In this document: piece after piece, positions 12,089 through 24,789 of the stretch
How positions within the stretch are numbered: the stretch's first letter is position 1
Layout: the number at the start of each line of letters is the position of its first letter
NCBI RefSeq assembly: GCF_006345805.1
Contig: NW_021835720.1
Span: 1 to 38,915, forward strand
Direction of reading: 5' to 3'
Length of the DNA stretch: 38,915 nucleotides
Source: Octopus sinensis
Taxonomy: Eukaryota
Program-made: the position numbers and the translations under genes
Notes under the pieces: generated by a model
Databases searched by the model: none
What the model was told of the DNA's origin: nothing
The model's input: the letters and a program-made list of their open reading frames with translations, nothing else

Positions 12089-12603
12089 TACTCTTTTACT
12101 TGTTTCAGTCATTTGACTGCGGCCATGCTGGAGCACCGCCTTTAGTCGAGCAAATCGACCCCAGGACTTATTCTTTGTAAGCCCAGTACTTATTCTATCG
12201 GTCTCTTTTGCTGAACCGCTAAGTTTACTCTTTTACTTGTTTCAGTCATTTGACTGCGGCCATGCTGGAGCACTGCCTTTAGTCGAGCAAATCGACCCCA
12301 GGACTTATTCTTTGTAAGCCCAGTACTTATTCTATCGGTCTCTTTTGCCGAACCGCTAAGTGACGGGGACAACCAGCATCGGTTGTCAAGCAATGCTAGG
12401 GGGACAAACACAGACACACACATATATATATACATATATACGACAGGCTTCTTTCAGTTTCCGTCTACCAAATCCACTCACAAACATTGGTTGGCCCGGG
12501 GCTATAGCAGAAGACACTTGCCCAAGATGCCACGCAGTGGGACTGAACCCGGAACCATGTGGCTGGTTAGCAAGCTACTTACCACACAGCCACTCCTGCG
12601 CCT
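12089..12603 (-). mobile_element. Family A SINE with a 137-bp tandem duplication of its 3' part
   Basis: 12089-12225 is repeated at 12226-12362; the head ends at 12603. Confidence 0.9.
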
Positions 12604-12664
12604 ATGTGGTAGAACTGAATGTTTTGTGTGTGTGTGTGCATCGTTTATCTGATAGTAGGGTAGG

Positions 12665-13038
12665 AGCACTCCGTCGATTGCGACGATGAGGGTCCCAGCT
12701 GATACGATCAACGGAACAGCTTGCTCGTGATATTAACGTGCAAGTGGCTGAGCACTCCACAGACACGTGTACCCTTAACGTAGTTCTCGGGGATATTCAG
12801 TGTGACACAGAGAGTGACAAGGCCGGCCCTTTGAAATACAGGTACAACAGAAACAGGAAGTAAGAGTGAGAGAAAGTTGTGGTGAAAGAGTACAGCAGGG
12901 ATCACCACCATCCCCTGCCGGAGCCTCGTGGAGCTTTTAGGTGTTTTGCTCAATACACACTCACAACGCCCGGTCTGGGAATCGAAACCGCGACCCTCGA
13001 CCGCGAGTCCGCTGCCCTAACCACTGGGCCATTGCGCC
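12665..13038 (-). mobile_element. tRNA-derived SINE family D
   Basis: Minus strand begins GGCGCAATGGCCCAGTGGTTAGGGCAGCGGACTCGCGGTCGAGGGTCGCGGTTTCGATTCCC (A and B boxes), followed by a ~300-bp body. Confidence 0.8.
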
Positions 13039-13308
13039 CAGTCTCGTGTCCCGATCCTTTCTGCCTGTCCCTTTACTGACCACAGTATTTATAACAGCCA
13101 TGGCAGTTAGAAAGACAGACATGCTGCAGGAGAGATTGTGTCTAAATAGGTCAGCTTCTGTCCATTTGAACTTCGCCTGACATGGCCCAGGTCGTAGGTC
13201 AAAGGGAGATGATTTATCGTTTTTTGAAAGGACAAAGAAAATTCCTTTGGCGCCTATTGGTCGGTGGTGGCTCAGACGAGCGAGAATCCTTAGTTTCGGT
13301 TTCGAATC

Positions 13309-13461
13309 TAAGCTTGGTGATAATGTCTTCACAATCAACCTTGTCCCATCGCATAATTTAAGAGGATCTAAATTTCTTGGAAGCATTATTGGGACTCCTA
13401 TCTTCGGAAAAAGTTTCTGTGGTGGAATTCCAGGTGGCTCCAGAGAATTAATGAACTCTGT
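13309..13461 (-). mobile_element. Helitron PIF1-type helicase C-terminal fragment
   Basis: [47 protein letters not shown] matches the Helitron RepHel motif EFLNSL.PPG.PPH.L.LK.G.PIMLLRNL.P..LCNGTRL.V. Confidence 0.85.
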
Positions 13462-13519
13462 TGAGTTATGGACCGCTTGGAGATGAAAATGATGATGATG
13501 TCAAGGATGTGTTTCCTCT

Positions 13520-15249
<1,730 letters not shown>

Positions 15250-15308
15250 TGTTCTATAATGTTTCTGATACTACCACAATAAATAATAAATATTTTTCTT
15301 GTCCTTTA

Positions 15309-15343
<35 letters not shown>

Positions 15344-15440
15344 GAGGGTGAAAAATTGATATTAATTTAATAATACCATTAATTTAACACTGAGTGGCTT
15401 AGCACAAAAAACTATGGAGAAAATACAAATTTATACATAA

Positions 15441-15710
15441 ATTATTAGAGAGTTAACCACTATGTGGCTAACTCTAGTGCTAAAAATAGCCCCGATAGTA
15501 AAGCCACAGAAAAAGATGTTTCCAACTAGAAGTAACATACATTTCACGGACGGAAAGTGAAATATAACGAATAAATAGATTGACCCTGAACAAATTGTTT
15601 TCTGTTAAATGTATGTTACTTCTCGTTGGAAACATCTTTTTCTGTGGCTTTACTATCAGGGCAATTTTTAGCACTAGAGTTATCCACATAGTGGTTAACT
15701 CTCTAATAAT
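15441..15710. mobile_element. Hairpin MITE, 104-bp arms (15441-15544 / 15607-15710)
   Basis: About 4 mismatches between the arms. Confidence 0.85.
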
Positions 15711-16299
15711 TATATATATATATATATATATGTATATGTATGTGTGTATGTATATATATATATATATTTCTAGGGATTTTGTCAGTATCTGAAGGTTACA
15801 AATTTCCTTGTAAATGTATCTATGTTTAATTAGAATGTGAAATACAGTGTGTAAGAAAAATGTTGCTATTAATCTCAGTCCAGAACAAAGTATTTCACAG
15901 TTATTGATCATAAATATATTATGTAAACATGTTTATATCTATTATTTATCACATCTTCCTTTAGTCTTTCAAAGATTATTAATATTCTTGATGTATCTCT
16001 ATTAAAAATCCATCCATGCCACAGACGTCTGATGTTCTGAAATGATATAGAAACAATATAAAATAAAGAAAATAGTTAAAAAGGAGAGATTCAATAATAG
16101 AAATGTTAGTATGTTTTTATAAGGATAAACTGTGGAAATAAATTTTTAGCTAAGGGGTTACTTTCCTTTGTTATTAAAAGTGGATCTATTCCATCACAAT
16201 GTAAAAAAAAAACTAAACAGTTTGAATCTTCAAATACTGGTAGAAAGAGGTATGTATACATTATCATTTTCGTAACATAATTTCTGTAGCATTTCAAGA

Positions 16300-16790
16300 T
16301 GTTTCTCTGACACGCATTTTGGTTCACATGGCGGAGATCCAACGTTTCTTCACTTTTTCCGGAATTTCTTCTCTTTCTTTCTTTTTTTTTTGCGAAATAC
16401 GTGCAAAAATACGGAGTTTATGATTCTGTGTGTGAGTGTGTGTTCTTGATAATCATTTAGAACAAGTAGTTTTACACCAATTACACTATATTTTTCTTAG
16501 TTTAAAGGCCGTGGACTGAAGATGTGAATTATCCGAGGCCTCTCCCCCACTCCCCTTTCGCGTGCGCGCATTTTTTTTCATCATATTTGTTTAGAGCAAG
16601 TTGTTTTACACCTATTACACGATTTTTTTTTTATTTTGATGCCTGGGTCAGCCCCTCAGACGCTTTCGGAAATTCCCGATGCGAATTATCTGAGGCCTCT
16701 CGCCAACTCCCCTTTCGCGTGCGCGCTTTTTTTTTTTTTTTCATATTCCTTTAGAGGAAATTGTTTTACACCTATTACACATTTTTTTTT
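16300..16790. promoter_or_regulatory. Candidate (possibly bidirectional) promoter / non-coding first exon
   Basis: Locally CpG-rich. YY1-like CACATGGCGG at 16325-16334, a GTGAGT donor-like site at 16432, and two ~155-bp tandem units each containing CGCGTGCGCGC. Inference only. Confidence 0.3.
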
Positions 16791-16950
16791 TGTTTTTTTG
16801 ACCGGGTTTAACGCTTTAGTTTAACCGATGAAAGTTCTCTGGTAAATGATTTCATGTAAATAGATGTTTATGTTGAATTTGCCGGCAAAATCTTATAAAA
16901 CGACATTGTTCTAAAAGCACTCGTAAAGGTTTAGCCATATTCATTATTCT

Positions 16951-17045
16951 AGTTTCGCACTGGGGTCGATGTAATCGACTTACTCCCTTTGTCTGTCCTT
17001 GTTTGTCCCCTCTATGTTTAGCCCCTTGTGGGCAGTAAAGAAATA
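16951..17045 (+). mobile_element. 5'-truncated family B SINE with a 15-bp TSD
   Basis: CATATTCATTATTCT at 16936-16950 and 17046-17060. Confidence 0.9.
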
Positions 17046-17396
17046 CATATTCATTATTCTGCTTGAAGATTGAGTTCGTTAAAAGTTGTGTATTGTTTTA
17101 TAGTAGAGGCTATCACTAGCCACATGTTTGGTCGACCGTTTGTGTTACCAAAGAGGACCACAGTCGTATATACGTTCCGCTTTTAGCACCTGAGAACAAT
17201 CAAGTCTGCAGCATCATAAAACACAATTTACCGACAGACATTCATATAGCCAACAAAATGTCTCGCTCTTTGAACGGACCTCAGCAATAACTGCAATAGC
17301 AACAGTAAAACAAATTATTGTACCGGTTATCACTAACCACAAGGTGGTCGGCTCTTTGTGTGGTTAAGATATAGAAACAATATAAAATAAAGAAAA

Positions 17397-18218
17397 GGTG
17401 ATCTTTCGTTTGTAGTAGCACGTTTCCGTCGATGATTTCCGTAAAAAACTTTTATTTTTTTACACATGGGCTTGCGGTAACTTCTGAAGTAATGAGAGCG
17501 AAAGAGACTAAGAGAAAGCGATTGTATGACGAGGGAAGTTCTTTTGAAGTTACCGTGCATGGGAAGCATTGATGTACATGTGTGTGTGTGCGTGTGTGTT
17601 TGATGGGGTGTGGGAGACAGACAGTATGTTGTGTAAGTGAAGTGCTTCTGTTAGTGTGTGTGAAGAGACAGAGTAATGTGTGAAAGAAAGAGATAACTGA
17701 AATTTTTTACTCGGTGTATGTGTATATATGTATGTATGCATGTATGTGTGTGTATGTATCTATGTATGTGTGTGTGTATGTATGTATGTATGGTCGATTC
17801 AGTGTACATTGAATCGGCCATACACACATACTTACACACACACACACATACATACACACACACATACATAGATACATACACACACACACATACATGCATA
17901 CATACATATACACATACACCGAGTAAAAAATTTCAGTTATCTCTCTCTTTCACACATTACTCTGTCTCTTCACACACACTAACAGAAGCACTTCACTTAC
18001 ACAACATACTTTCTGTCTCGCACACCCCATCAAACACACACACACACATGTACACGGTAACTTCAAATCAAAAGAACTTCCCTCGTCATAAAATCGCTTC
18101 CTCTTAGTCTCTTTCGCTCTCATTACTTCAGAAGTTACCGCAAGCCCATGTGTAAAAAAATAAAAGTTTTTTACGGAAATCATCGACGGAAATGTTCTAC
18201 TACAAACGAAAGATCGCC
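17397..18218. repeat. Spacerless palindrome, ~410-bp arms, centre TGT|ACA at 17805/17806
   Basis: The left arm is the reverse complement of the right arm, with scattered substitutions and small indels. Confidence 0.95.
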
Positions 18219-18319
18219 AAGAAGGCGAAAACTTCTCACACACTTTACCGCACCAAACCAAGCTACGTCTCTATATCTCTCCGCTTCATGCACGATGCTT
18301 GCCTCCTGTGTTTTTATGA

Positions 18320-18530
18320 GTGAAAACACCAAAGCTCCACACGGCTCCGGCAGAAGGTAATTGCGAAACTTCTGCTGATTCTTTCACCACAACTTTCTCT
18401 CACTCTCTCCCCCTGCATCTTGCAGCTCACCTGCGACGGATCGGCGTCCCGTCCAGGTGGGGAACCTATATGCCAAGAAACCGGGAAACCGGCCCTTATG
18501 AGCCAGGCAAGGTTCGAGAAGGAACAAACA
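18320..18530 (+). mobile_element. SINE fragment sharing a central block with family D but with a different 3' part
   Basis: AAAGCTCCAC..GGCTCCGGCAG...TCTTTCACCACAACTTTCTCTCACTCT is shared with the minus strand of ~12865-12940; it then continues CCTGCGACGGATCGGCGTCCCGTCCAGG. Confidence 0.6.
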
Positions 18531-18699
18531 AGTATGTACACTGGTATTGCACATCCAAAAGAACATACTAGCTTTATTCCTCTCTATTCTTTACATGTCC
18601 TCTGTATTTAGGGCCCATCTCTCACTATCATGTAGCTTTGCTGTTCATACATGAACATCATACAATGTGCCTTTCACTCTGAGAGAACTTAAGTTGCCC

Positions 18700-18895
18700 A
18701 AGCTGCTTGCTTCTTCAGAGACCACCGTATCATGTCAAAAGCTTTCTGCAGGTCAACGAATTCCAATTGCAATGGTTTACTTTTAGCTAAATACATCTCT
18801 TGCAGTTGTTTTACTCAGTAGATGGCAGCAGTAATCCTTCTTCCTGGCAGAAAATCAAACTGCATCTCATCTAGTCTAATTCTGTTTCTTATTAA
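18700..18895 (-). mobile_element. RTE LINE reverse-transcriptase fragment
   Basis: RIRLDEMQFDFLPGRRITAAIY*VKQLQEMYLAKSKPLQLEFVDLQKAFD resembles the RTE RT pattern QFGF.PGR.TTDAIF..RQLQEK......L...FVDL.KAFD. Confidence 0.85.
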
Positions 18896-19337
18896 TTATA
18901 ACTTTCTTGACCTGGTCAATCAATTTTAAGGCCTCTCCTTTATGCTTGTAACATCTGACTACAACTTGATTTCCTTGTCAAGTGATGCCAGGCTCATAAG
19001 GGCCAGTTTTCTGGTTTCAGTGGCATAGAAATATCTGTACAACTTGATTAACTTTATGGGTGACAAGGGTGTATCTTACTCTGCACAATCTTAGTAAACA
19101 AAAAGTTCGTTTATATGGGGTCGTTTGTTTCCAGTTTACTAGGTAAAACATGATTTGACTCTTTGCTATTCAATAGATTGGGATATTAGGACAGGAAGAG
19201 CATCCAATTGTACACAAGGAAAATGCTGCTCCCAAGCAGGGAAAAGTAGGTGTTAAAATGGCAATGATGAAAAAAAAACCCTGAAATTTTTCATATGGGC
19301 AACCAATCACTAATGTTGATTTATCTTTTTACTTTAG

Positions 19338-19586
19338 AACCAGTTGCATTAGGAGACAATGTCACACTTCATACTGAAGTAGCCGAGATGACAGGAATTG
19401 TTTTCTGGAAAAACGACAATGGTAGATATGAATGTAACCCGACTTGTTATAATTACGGTAACTATGAAGTTACACAAGATGGTAGCAAATCTACTCTTTT
19501 GATCCAAATGGTATCAGAACAAGATTTCACTTGGCATTTTTGTGACTTGTGTCTCTGCTCTGCAAAATATACCTTAGTGACAAAAG
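19338..19586 (+). CDS. Phase 1-1 exon (249 nt) encoding an atypical Ig-like ectodomain
   Basis: Acceptor TCTTTTTACTTTAG| and donor G|GTAAG. Peptide (E)PVALGDNVTLHTEVAEMTGIVFWKNDNGRYECNPTCYNYGNYEVTQDGSKSTLLIQMVSEQDFTWHFCDLCLCSAKYTLVTK shows G..VTL, W and L.I..V...D spacing typical of Ig folds. The fold call is an inference. An alternative in-frame ATG lies at 19295. Confidence 0.7.
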
Positions 19587-19615
19587 GTAAGGAAATAACT
19601 TTTGCTAAAAATAAA

Positions 19616-19647
<32 letters not shown>

Positions 19648-19984
19648 TAAAAATAATAATAATAGTTCTTTCTAATTATGGCACAAGGTCAAGAATTTCT
19701 TGTGGAAGCGGTTCTTTGATTACATTAATTTGATTATATTTAGTCGGTCCTTTATTTCATCAACCCCAAAGGGATGAAAGGCAAAGCTGACCTTAGCAGT
19801 ATTTGAACTCAGGACAGAAAGAGTCAGAAGAAATTCCACTGAACACTTTTTTCTGGTGCAGCAACAACAACAACAATAACAATAACAACAACAACAGCAA
19901 CAACAACAACAACAACAACAACCTCAGTGCAAATATTTTTATAATACTTCAGCAAATTCAAAGTTTGTATCACATAGCATTGCT

Positions 19985-20115
19985 GTTCATATACAGGCAT
20001 CATACAACGTGACTTTCACTCTGAGAGAACACAACCCATCGCCTGGTACAGGAATCGAAACCACAATCTTACGATCATGAGTCCAACACCCTAACTATTA
20101 AGCCACGTGCCTCCA
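19985..20115 (-). mobile_element. tRNA-headed SINE fragment (related piece at ~18625-18690)
   Basis: Minus strand GGAGGCACGTGGCTTAATAGTTAGGGTGTTGGACTCATGATCGTAAGATTGTGGTTTCGATTCC. Confidence 0.65.
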
Positions 20116-20541
20116 CCTAATGCTATATAACCCTTCTAAATAATCGACTCATCTGTTGACCTTACATTTTTGTGTTAGAAAGAAGAAATTTAATCCCCTT
20201 TGCTAATGCAACATAACCTTTCTAATTGATGGATTAATCTGAAGGAGAACATCTAATCATTTAGACATAATAATCTGGGATATTGGTGTGTGTTGATCCG
20301 TTTCTTACCATATTTCTGCTGAAATGCATTGCCTTTGTTTCAATAAATTTTGGAAATGATAAAGAATTTAACCTTATCATTACTAAACTATTGTTTGGAA
20401 CATAAGGAAGGTTTTCTTTAAATCTCTTCAAAACTGAGGATTTGTACAATAGAAACAAAAACAATTTTAAGCAGGATGGTATGAAAAGGGTTAAACCTGG
20501 CTGATGTTACTATTTTTAAAAAATTATAAACAGAAAGTATA

Positions 20542-20738
20542 TGACGTATATTTGCCATTTAAATATGGCTAACCCCTAACGGTGGATGCTACTGTAGTTT
20601 GTAGCCCCAGGAGGACACCTCCTCCAGCTGGCTATAGACACACTGGCTAGAGCTAGAGGAGGTGTCCTCCTGGGGCTACAAACTACAGTAGCATCCACCC
20701 TTAGGGGTTAGCCATATTTAAATGGCAAATATACGTCA
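20542..20738. mobile_element. Hairpin MITE, ~88-bp arms with ~20-nt loop, intronic
   Basis: TGACGTATATTTGCC...GGCAAATATACGTCA; 2 mismatches between arms. Confidence 0.9.
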
Positions 20739-20823
20739 CAATGTGTTGCAGCTACCGTTTATAACTCGCTCTGAGATTTATTAGTGCCTAAAAAGTATAT
20801 GTTTTGCTGTTCATCTTTTGCAG

Positions 20824-20960
20824 GTGAAAAAACAGAAACAACGACAACAAAAGATGCTGAAACTAATGGATCAGAAAACAGCTTACCAACCTATGCCTAT
20901 GTCTTAATTTTCATATCTGTATTTGTAGTCATCGTTATCATTAAGAAAGACCAGAACTGA
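20824..20960 (+). CDS. Terminal coding exon: Thr-rich stalk, transmembrane helix, 5-aa tail
   Basis: Acceptor CATCTTTTGCAG|, phase 1 and in frame with 19586. Reads G-EKTETTTTKDAETNGSENSLPTYAYVLIFISVFVVIVIIKKDQN*. Confidence 0.75.
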
Positions 20961-21484
20961 TATTGGCCAACCTTACTACTGACTTTCACTGATCCGGGTA
21001 GAATTGTTGGTTTTTGCATAAACTACCTCCATATTTTATGTAACATCATCATCATCATCATCGTTGGTTTGGCATCACCTTTTCCAAAACTCTGCTCCAT
21101 CTTACTCTTGCTTGTCCAATACAAGCATGGAAAAGTGGACGTTAGAATGTTGTTGTTGATGATGAAAACGATGATATGCGATTGATGATGATTGAGGATA
21201 ATAATGATTGATGGTGATGTCTGATGATTGATGATGATGATTGGTGATGATTGATGATGACGATGATGATGATGCGATTGATGATGACTTCAACTGAAAA
21301 ACTACTTTTTTTTCAATCAGTTTTGAAAATGGTGAAGAATTTCGTAAAATAGCTTTGCCATTATCAATCTGGTGTTTGGAACATAAATTAACATATATTA
21401 AACATAAATTAACATAAAATTTTGAATGGAAGGTTTTAATTTTGATCACTTTAACCCTTTTGTTACCATAAACTTGTGCATTAC

Positions 21485-21950
21485 AGGTGCCGGTGGCACG
21501 TAAAAAGCACACAGCATATTCTGTAGAGTGGTTGGTGCTAGGAAAAGGCGGCGAGCTGGCAGAATTGGTAGCATGCCGGATGAAATGCTTAGCAGTATTT
21601 CGTCTGCCTCTATGTTCTGAGTTCAAATTCCGCTGAGGTCGACTTTGCCTTTCATCCTTTCGGGGTCGATAAAATAAGTACCAGTTATGCACTGGGGTCG
21701 ATGTAATTGACTATCCTCCTTCCCCAAATTTCAGGCCTTGTGCCTATAGTAGAAAGGTTGGTGCTAGGAAGGGCATCCGGTTGTAGAAACCATGTGACAA
21801 CAGGCAATTGGAGTCGGGACAGTTTCCCGGATGACCAGATCCTGTCAAACCGTCCAATCCATGCCAGCATGGAAAGCGAACTTTGAGCGATGATAATGAT
21901 GATGATGATAATGATGGTGATGATGATGATGATGCTGATAATGATGACGA
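21485..21950 (+). mobile_element. Family C (RTE 3' end) copy interrupted by a family B SINE
   Basis: GTGCCGGTGGCACGTAAAAAGCAC... resumes after 21770 with GGGCATCC...GCATGGAAAGCG...(GAT)n. Confidence 0.85.
21545..21755 (+). mobile_element. Family B SINE with a 15-bp TSD, nested in family C
   Basis: GGTTGGTGCTAGGAA at 21530-21544 and 21756-21770; head AAGGCGGCGAGCTGGCAGAA. Confidence 0.9.
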
Positions 21951-22193
21951 TGACCTCTGTTGAAGTACACTGCCTTTATTTCAAATGACCTTGTAAAAAC
22001 CAACCAATATCAGTTGTCAAGTGATGGTAGGGACAAACACATAGACATGTATATTTAAACCAGGGGCTTCGACACAGTTTCCGTCTTCCAAATCCACTCA
22101 CAAGCCATATAAACAAGTAGTCAGTTTGATTCTTGCTGTTCCTCATGCATAGAACGATGTGTTTCATATCTTAGCAGAAAGATCACCCTCCAG

Positions 22194-22428
22194 AAGGCGG
22201 CGAGCTGGCAGAATCGGTAGCACGCCGGGCGAAATGCTTAGCGGTATTTCATCTGCCGTTACGTTCTGAGTTCAAATTCTGCCGAGGTTGACCTTGCCTT
22301 TCATCCTTTTGAAGTTGATAAAAATTAAGTACCAGTTATGCACTGGGGTCGATATAATCGACTTAACCCCTTTGCCTATACTTGTTTGTCCCCTCTGTGT
22401 TTAGCCCTTTGTGGGCAATAAAGAAATA
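22194..22428 (+). mobile_element. Family B SINE, full length
   Basis: tRNA-like head; TSD AAAGATCACCCTC at 22178-22190 and 22431-22443. Confidence 0.92.
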
Positions 22429-22639
22429 AAAAAGATCACCCTCTACGCAGATTCCTGCTTATTGCTAATTTTTATTTACACATTTCATGTTATTTTCTAT
22501 CTCTTACTTGCCCCAGCACCACTGCGGCCATGCTGGAGCATAGCCTTGAGGAAGTTTTTGTCAAACAAATCAACCCCAGTTGGGATGAGGTACTGAAGGT
22601 TGATCTCACAACGCTGAGGTTTCGGAAGGAGATAATATA

Positions 22640-22873
22640 TATTTCTTTACTACCCACAAGGGGCTAAACACAGAGAGGACAAACAAGGACAGACAAACGG
22701 ATTAAGTCGATTATATCGACCCCAGTGCATAACTGGTACTTATTTAATCGACCCCGAAAGTATGAAAGGCAAAGTCAACCTCGGCGGAATTTGAACTCAC
22801 AATGTAACGGCAGACGAATATACCACTAAGCATTTCACCCAGCGTGTTAACGATTCTGCCAGCTCGCCACCTT
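22640..22873 (-). mobile_element. Family B SINE, full length, inverted relative to 22194-22428
   Basis: TSD CG(G/T)AAGGAGATAATA at 22623-22637 and 22875-22889. Confidence 0.92.
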
Positions 22874-23454
22874 CCGTAAGGAGATAATAGAAGACTGAAA
22901 TATGTAGTACATTGCTGTAGTCAAGATGACCTGCCCACCACCACAGAATTAATATACTAAAACCTTGGTACCACATAAAAAAACCATTGGTGTTGGTACC
23001 AGGTAAAAATCACTGGTGCTGGTGCTACGTAAAAAGCACCCAGTACACTGTAAAGTGTTTGACATTAGGAAGGGCATCCAGAAGGTTAAGAGGCATGTAT
23101 GTGTATGTGTGTATGTGTATGTGTGTATATGTATACACACACACATACACACATATATATGTCTGTGTGTATGTGGTATGTGTATGTGTGTACACCGTAC
23201 AACTTGTGAGAACTGACACCTATGTTGGCATGTTTACGTCTCCATAACTTAGCGGTTCGGCAAAAGAATAAGTCCTGGGTCGATTTGTTCGAATAAAGGT
23301 GATGCTACAGCATGGCCACAATTAAAGGACTGAAACAAATAAAAGAATAACAGAATATACATACATACATACATAGATACATACACCCACACACACACAC
23401 ACACACAAATACCTACATACATACATACATACATACATACATACATACAAGCAT

Positions 23455-24395
23455 ACATGCATACATGATGGCCGTCCACTCGTAACCGAGGAAGACCACT
23501 GCCGACCTTCAGGAACATTGTGCGCTCTAGGACTAACTTATATTTTGCATTTGCGGCTCCGTTGGTGGCTAATGAGTCCTGCTCTTGACAAGCATACACG
23601 ACTGCAAACATTGCAGATCAAGCTTTCCCCATTCACTATACAAACCATGTGCTTTCGCACAGCTCGCTTAAGTTCTTCATGCTGGATACGTGCTCTCTCA
23701 AAAGTGTCGATCCCCTCCTTAACCCGCTTCCTCCATCTGTGGCGATGACAGGCATTGTTCTCCCAGTCAGTGTCCTGTATATCAAAAGCCTTTAACGAGG
23801 ACTTCACACAGTCCTTAAATCATAGCCTTGGTTTCTGCCGGAGTCTCCTTCCATTCACAAGTTCTCCATAGAGCATCTGCTTAGGAATCCTTCTATCCTC
23901 CATTCTAATAAGGTGTCCAGTCCAACGCAACCGCCGGTGCTTGTGTACCATCACCTCAATACTCAAGATATCAGCTGTCTTCAGGATCTGTGCGTCTGGA
24001 ATTTTTGAGGTCCAGCCAACATTGAGAATGTGTCTGAGACATCTCTGAGGAAAACGTTCAAGGACCCTTACCTGACGTTTGTACAGAGTCCATGTCTCAC
24101 ATGAGTAGAGAAGCGATGTCAGTACACAAGTACGGTACACAGCAACTTTTGTTCTCCTTGCGATGCCATGTTGGGACCAGACATGAGACTGAAGTGACCG
24201 GAAGGAACTATTTGCTCCCTGCAACCTGAAAGATATTTCCTCATCCAGGGAGCAAGAACGGCTGAGTGTGCTGCCCAGGTAGACAAACTTGTCTACTACC
24301 TTCAGAATTGTTCCTTCAACCAAGATAGCTGGTTCTATATATGGATTTCCTGGGGCAGGCTGGAACATTACAACAGTCTTGTCCAGGCTAATCGG
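23455..24395 (-). mobile_element. RTE-clade LINE, 5'-truncated (RT C-terminal part, zinc knuckle, 3' UTR, (TATG)n tail)
   Basis: VDKFVYLGSTLS...LLYSCETWTLY...LRWTGHLIRMEDRRIPKQMLYGEL...(TGA)FKDCVKSSLK...CNVCSRVCLSRAGLISHQR. Confidence 0.93.
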
Positions 24396-24449
24396 TATCT
24401 GACATATATTCCCAGAGAGCTAACCTTAGCAAAAGCATGAGTAAAAATG

Positions 24450-24682
24450 CATGCATACATACATACATACATACACACGCACGCGCACACACACATACAT
24501 ACATACATACATACATACATACATACATACAATACATACATACATACATACATACATACATACATACATACATACATACATACATACATACATACATACA
24601 TACATACATACATACATACATACATACATACATACTACATACATACATACATACATACATACTACATACATACATACATACA

Positions 24683-24716
<34 letters not shown>

Positions 24717-24744
24717 CATATATACATATATATATAATATATAT

Positions 24745-24775
<31 letters not shown>

Positions 24776-24785
24776 TATATATATT
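24450..24785. repeat. (TACA)n followed by (TA)n microsatellite
   Basis: Direct reading. Confidence 0.95.
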
Positions 24786-24789
24786 TTAG

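Noticed and set aside
12960-13038. tRNA gene-like sequences here and at SINE heads (e.g. 22194, 20040-20115)
   Set aside because: No complete cloverleaf or acceptor stem; each continues into a multi-copy SINE body.
12961-13386. 141-aa ORF as a gene
   Set aside because: A chimera of a Helitron fragment, unassigned DNA and a SINE head.
16328-16423. ATG GCG GAG... as the signal-peptide exon of the Ig-TM gene
   Set aside because: The frame stops at TGA 16421-16423, before the GTGAGT at 16432; the hydrophobicity comes from a poly-T tract.
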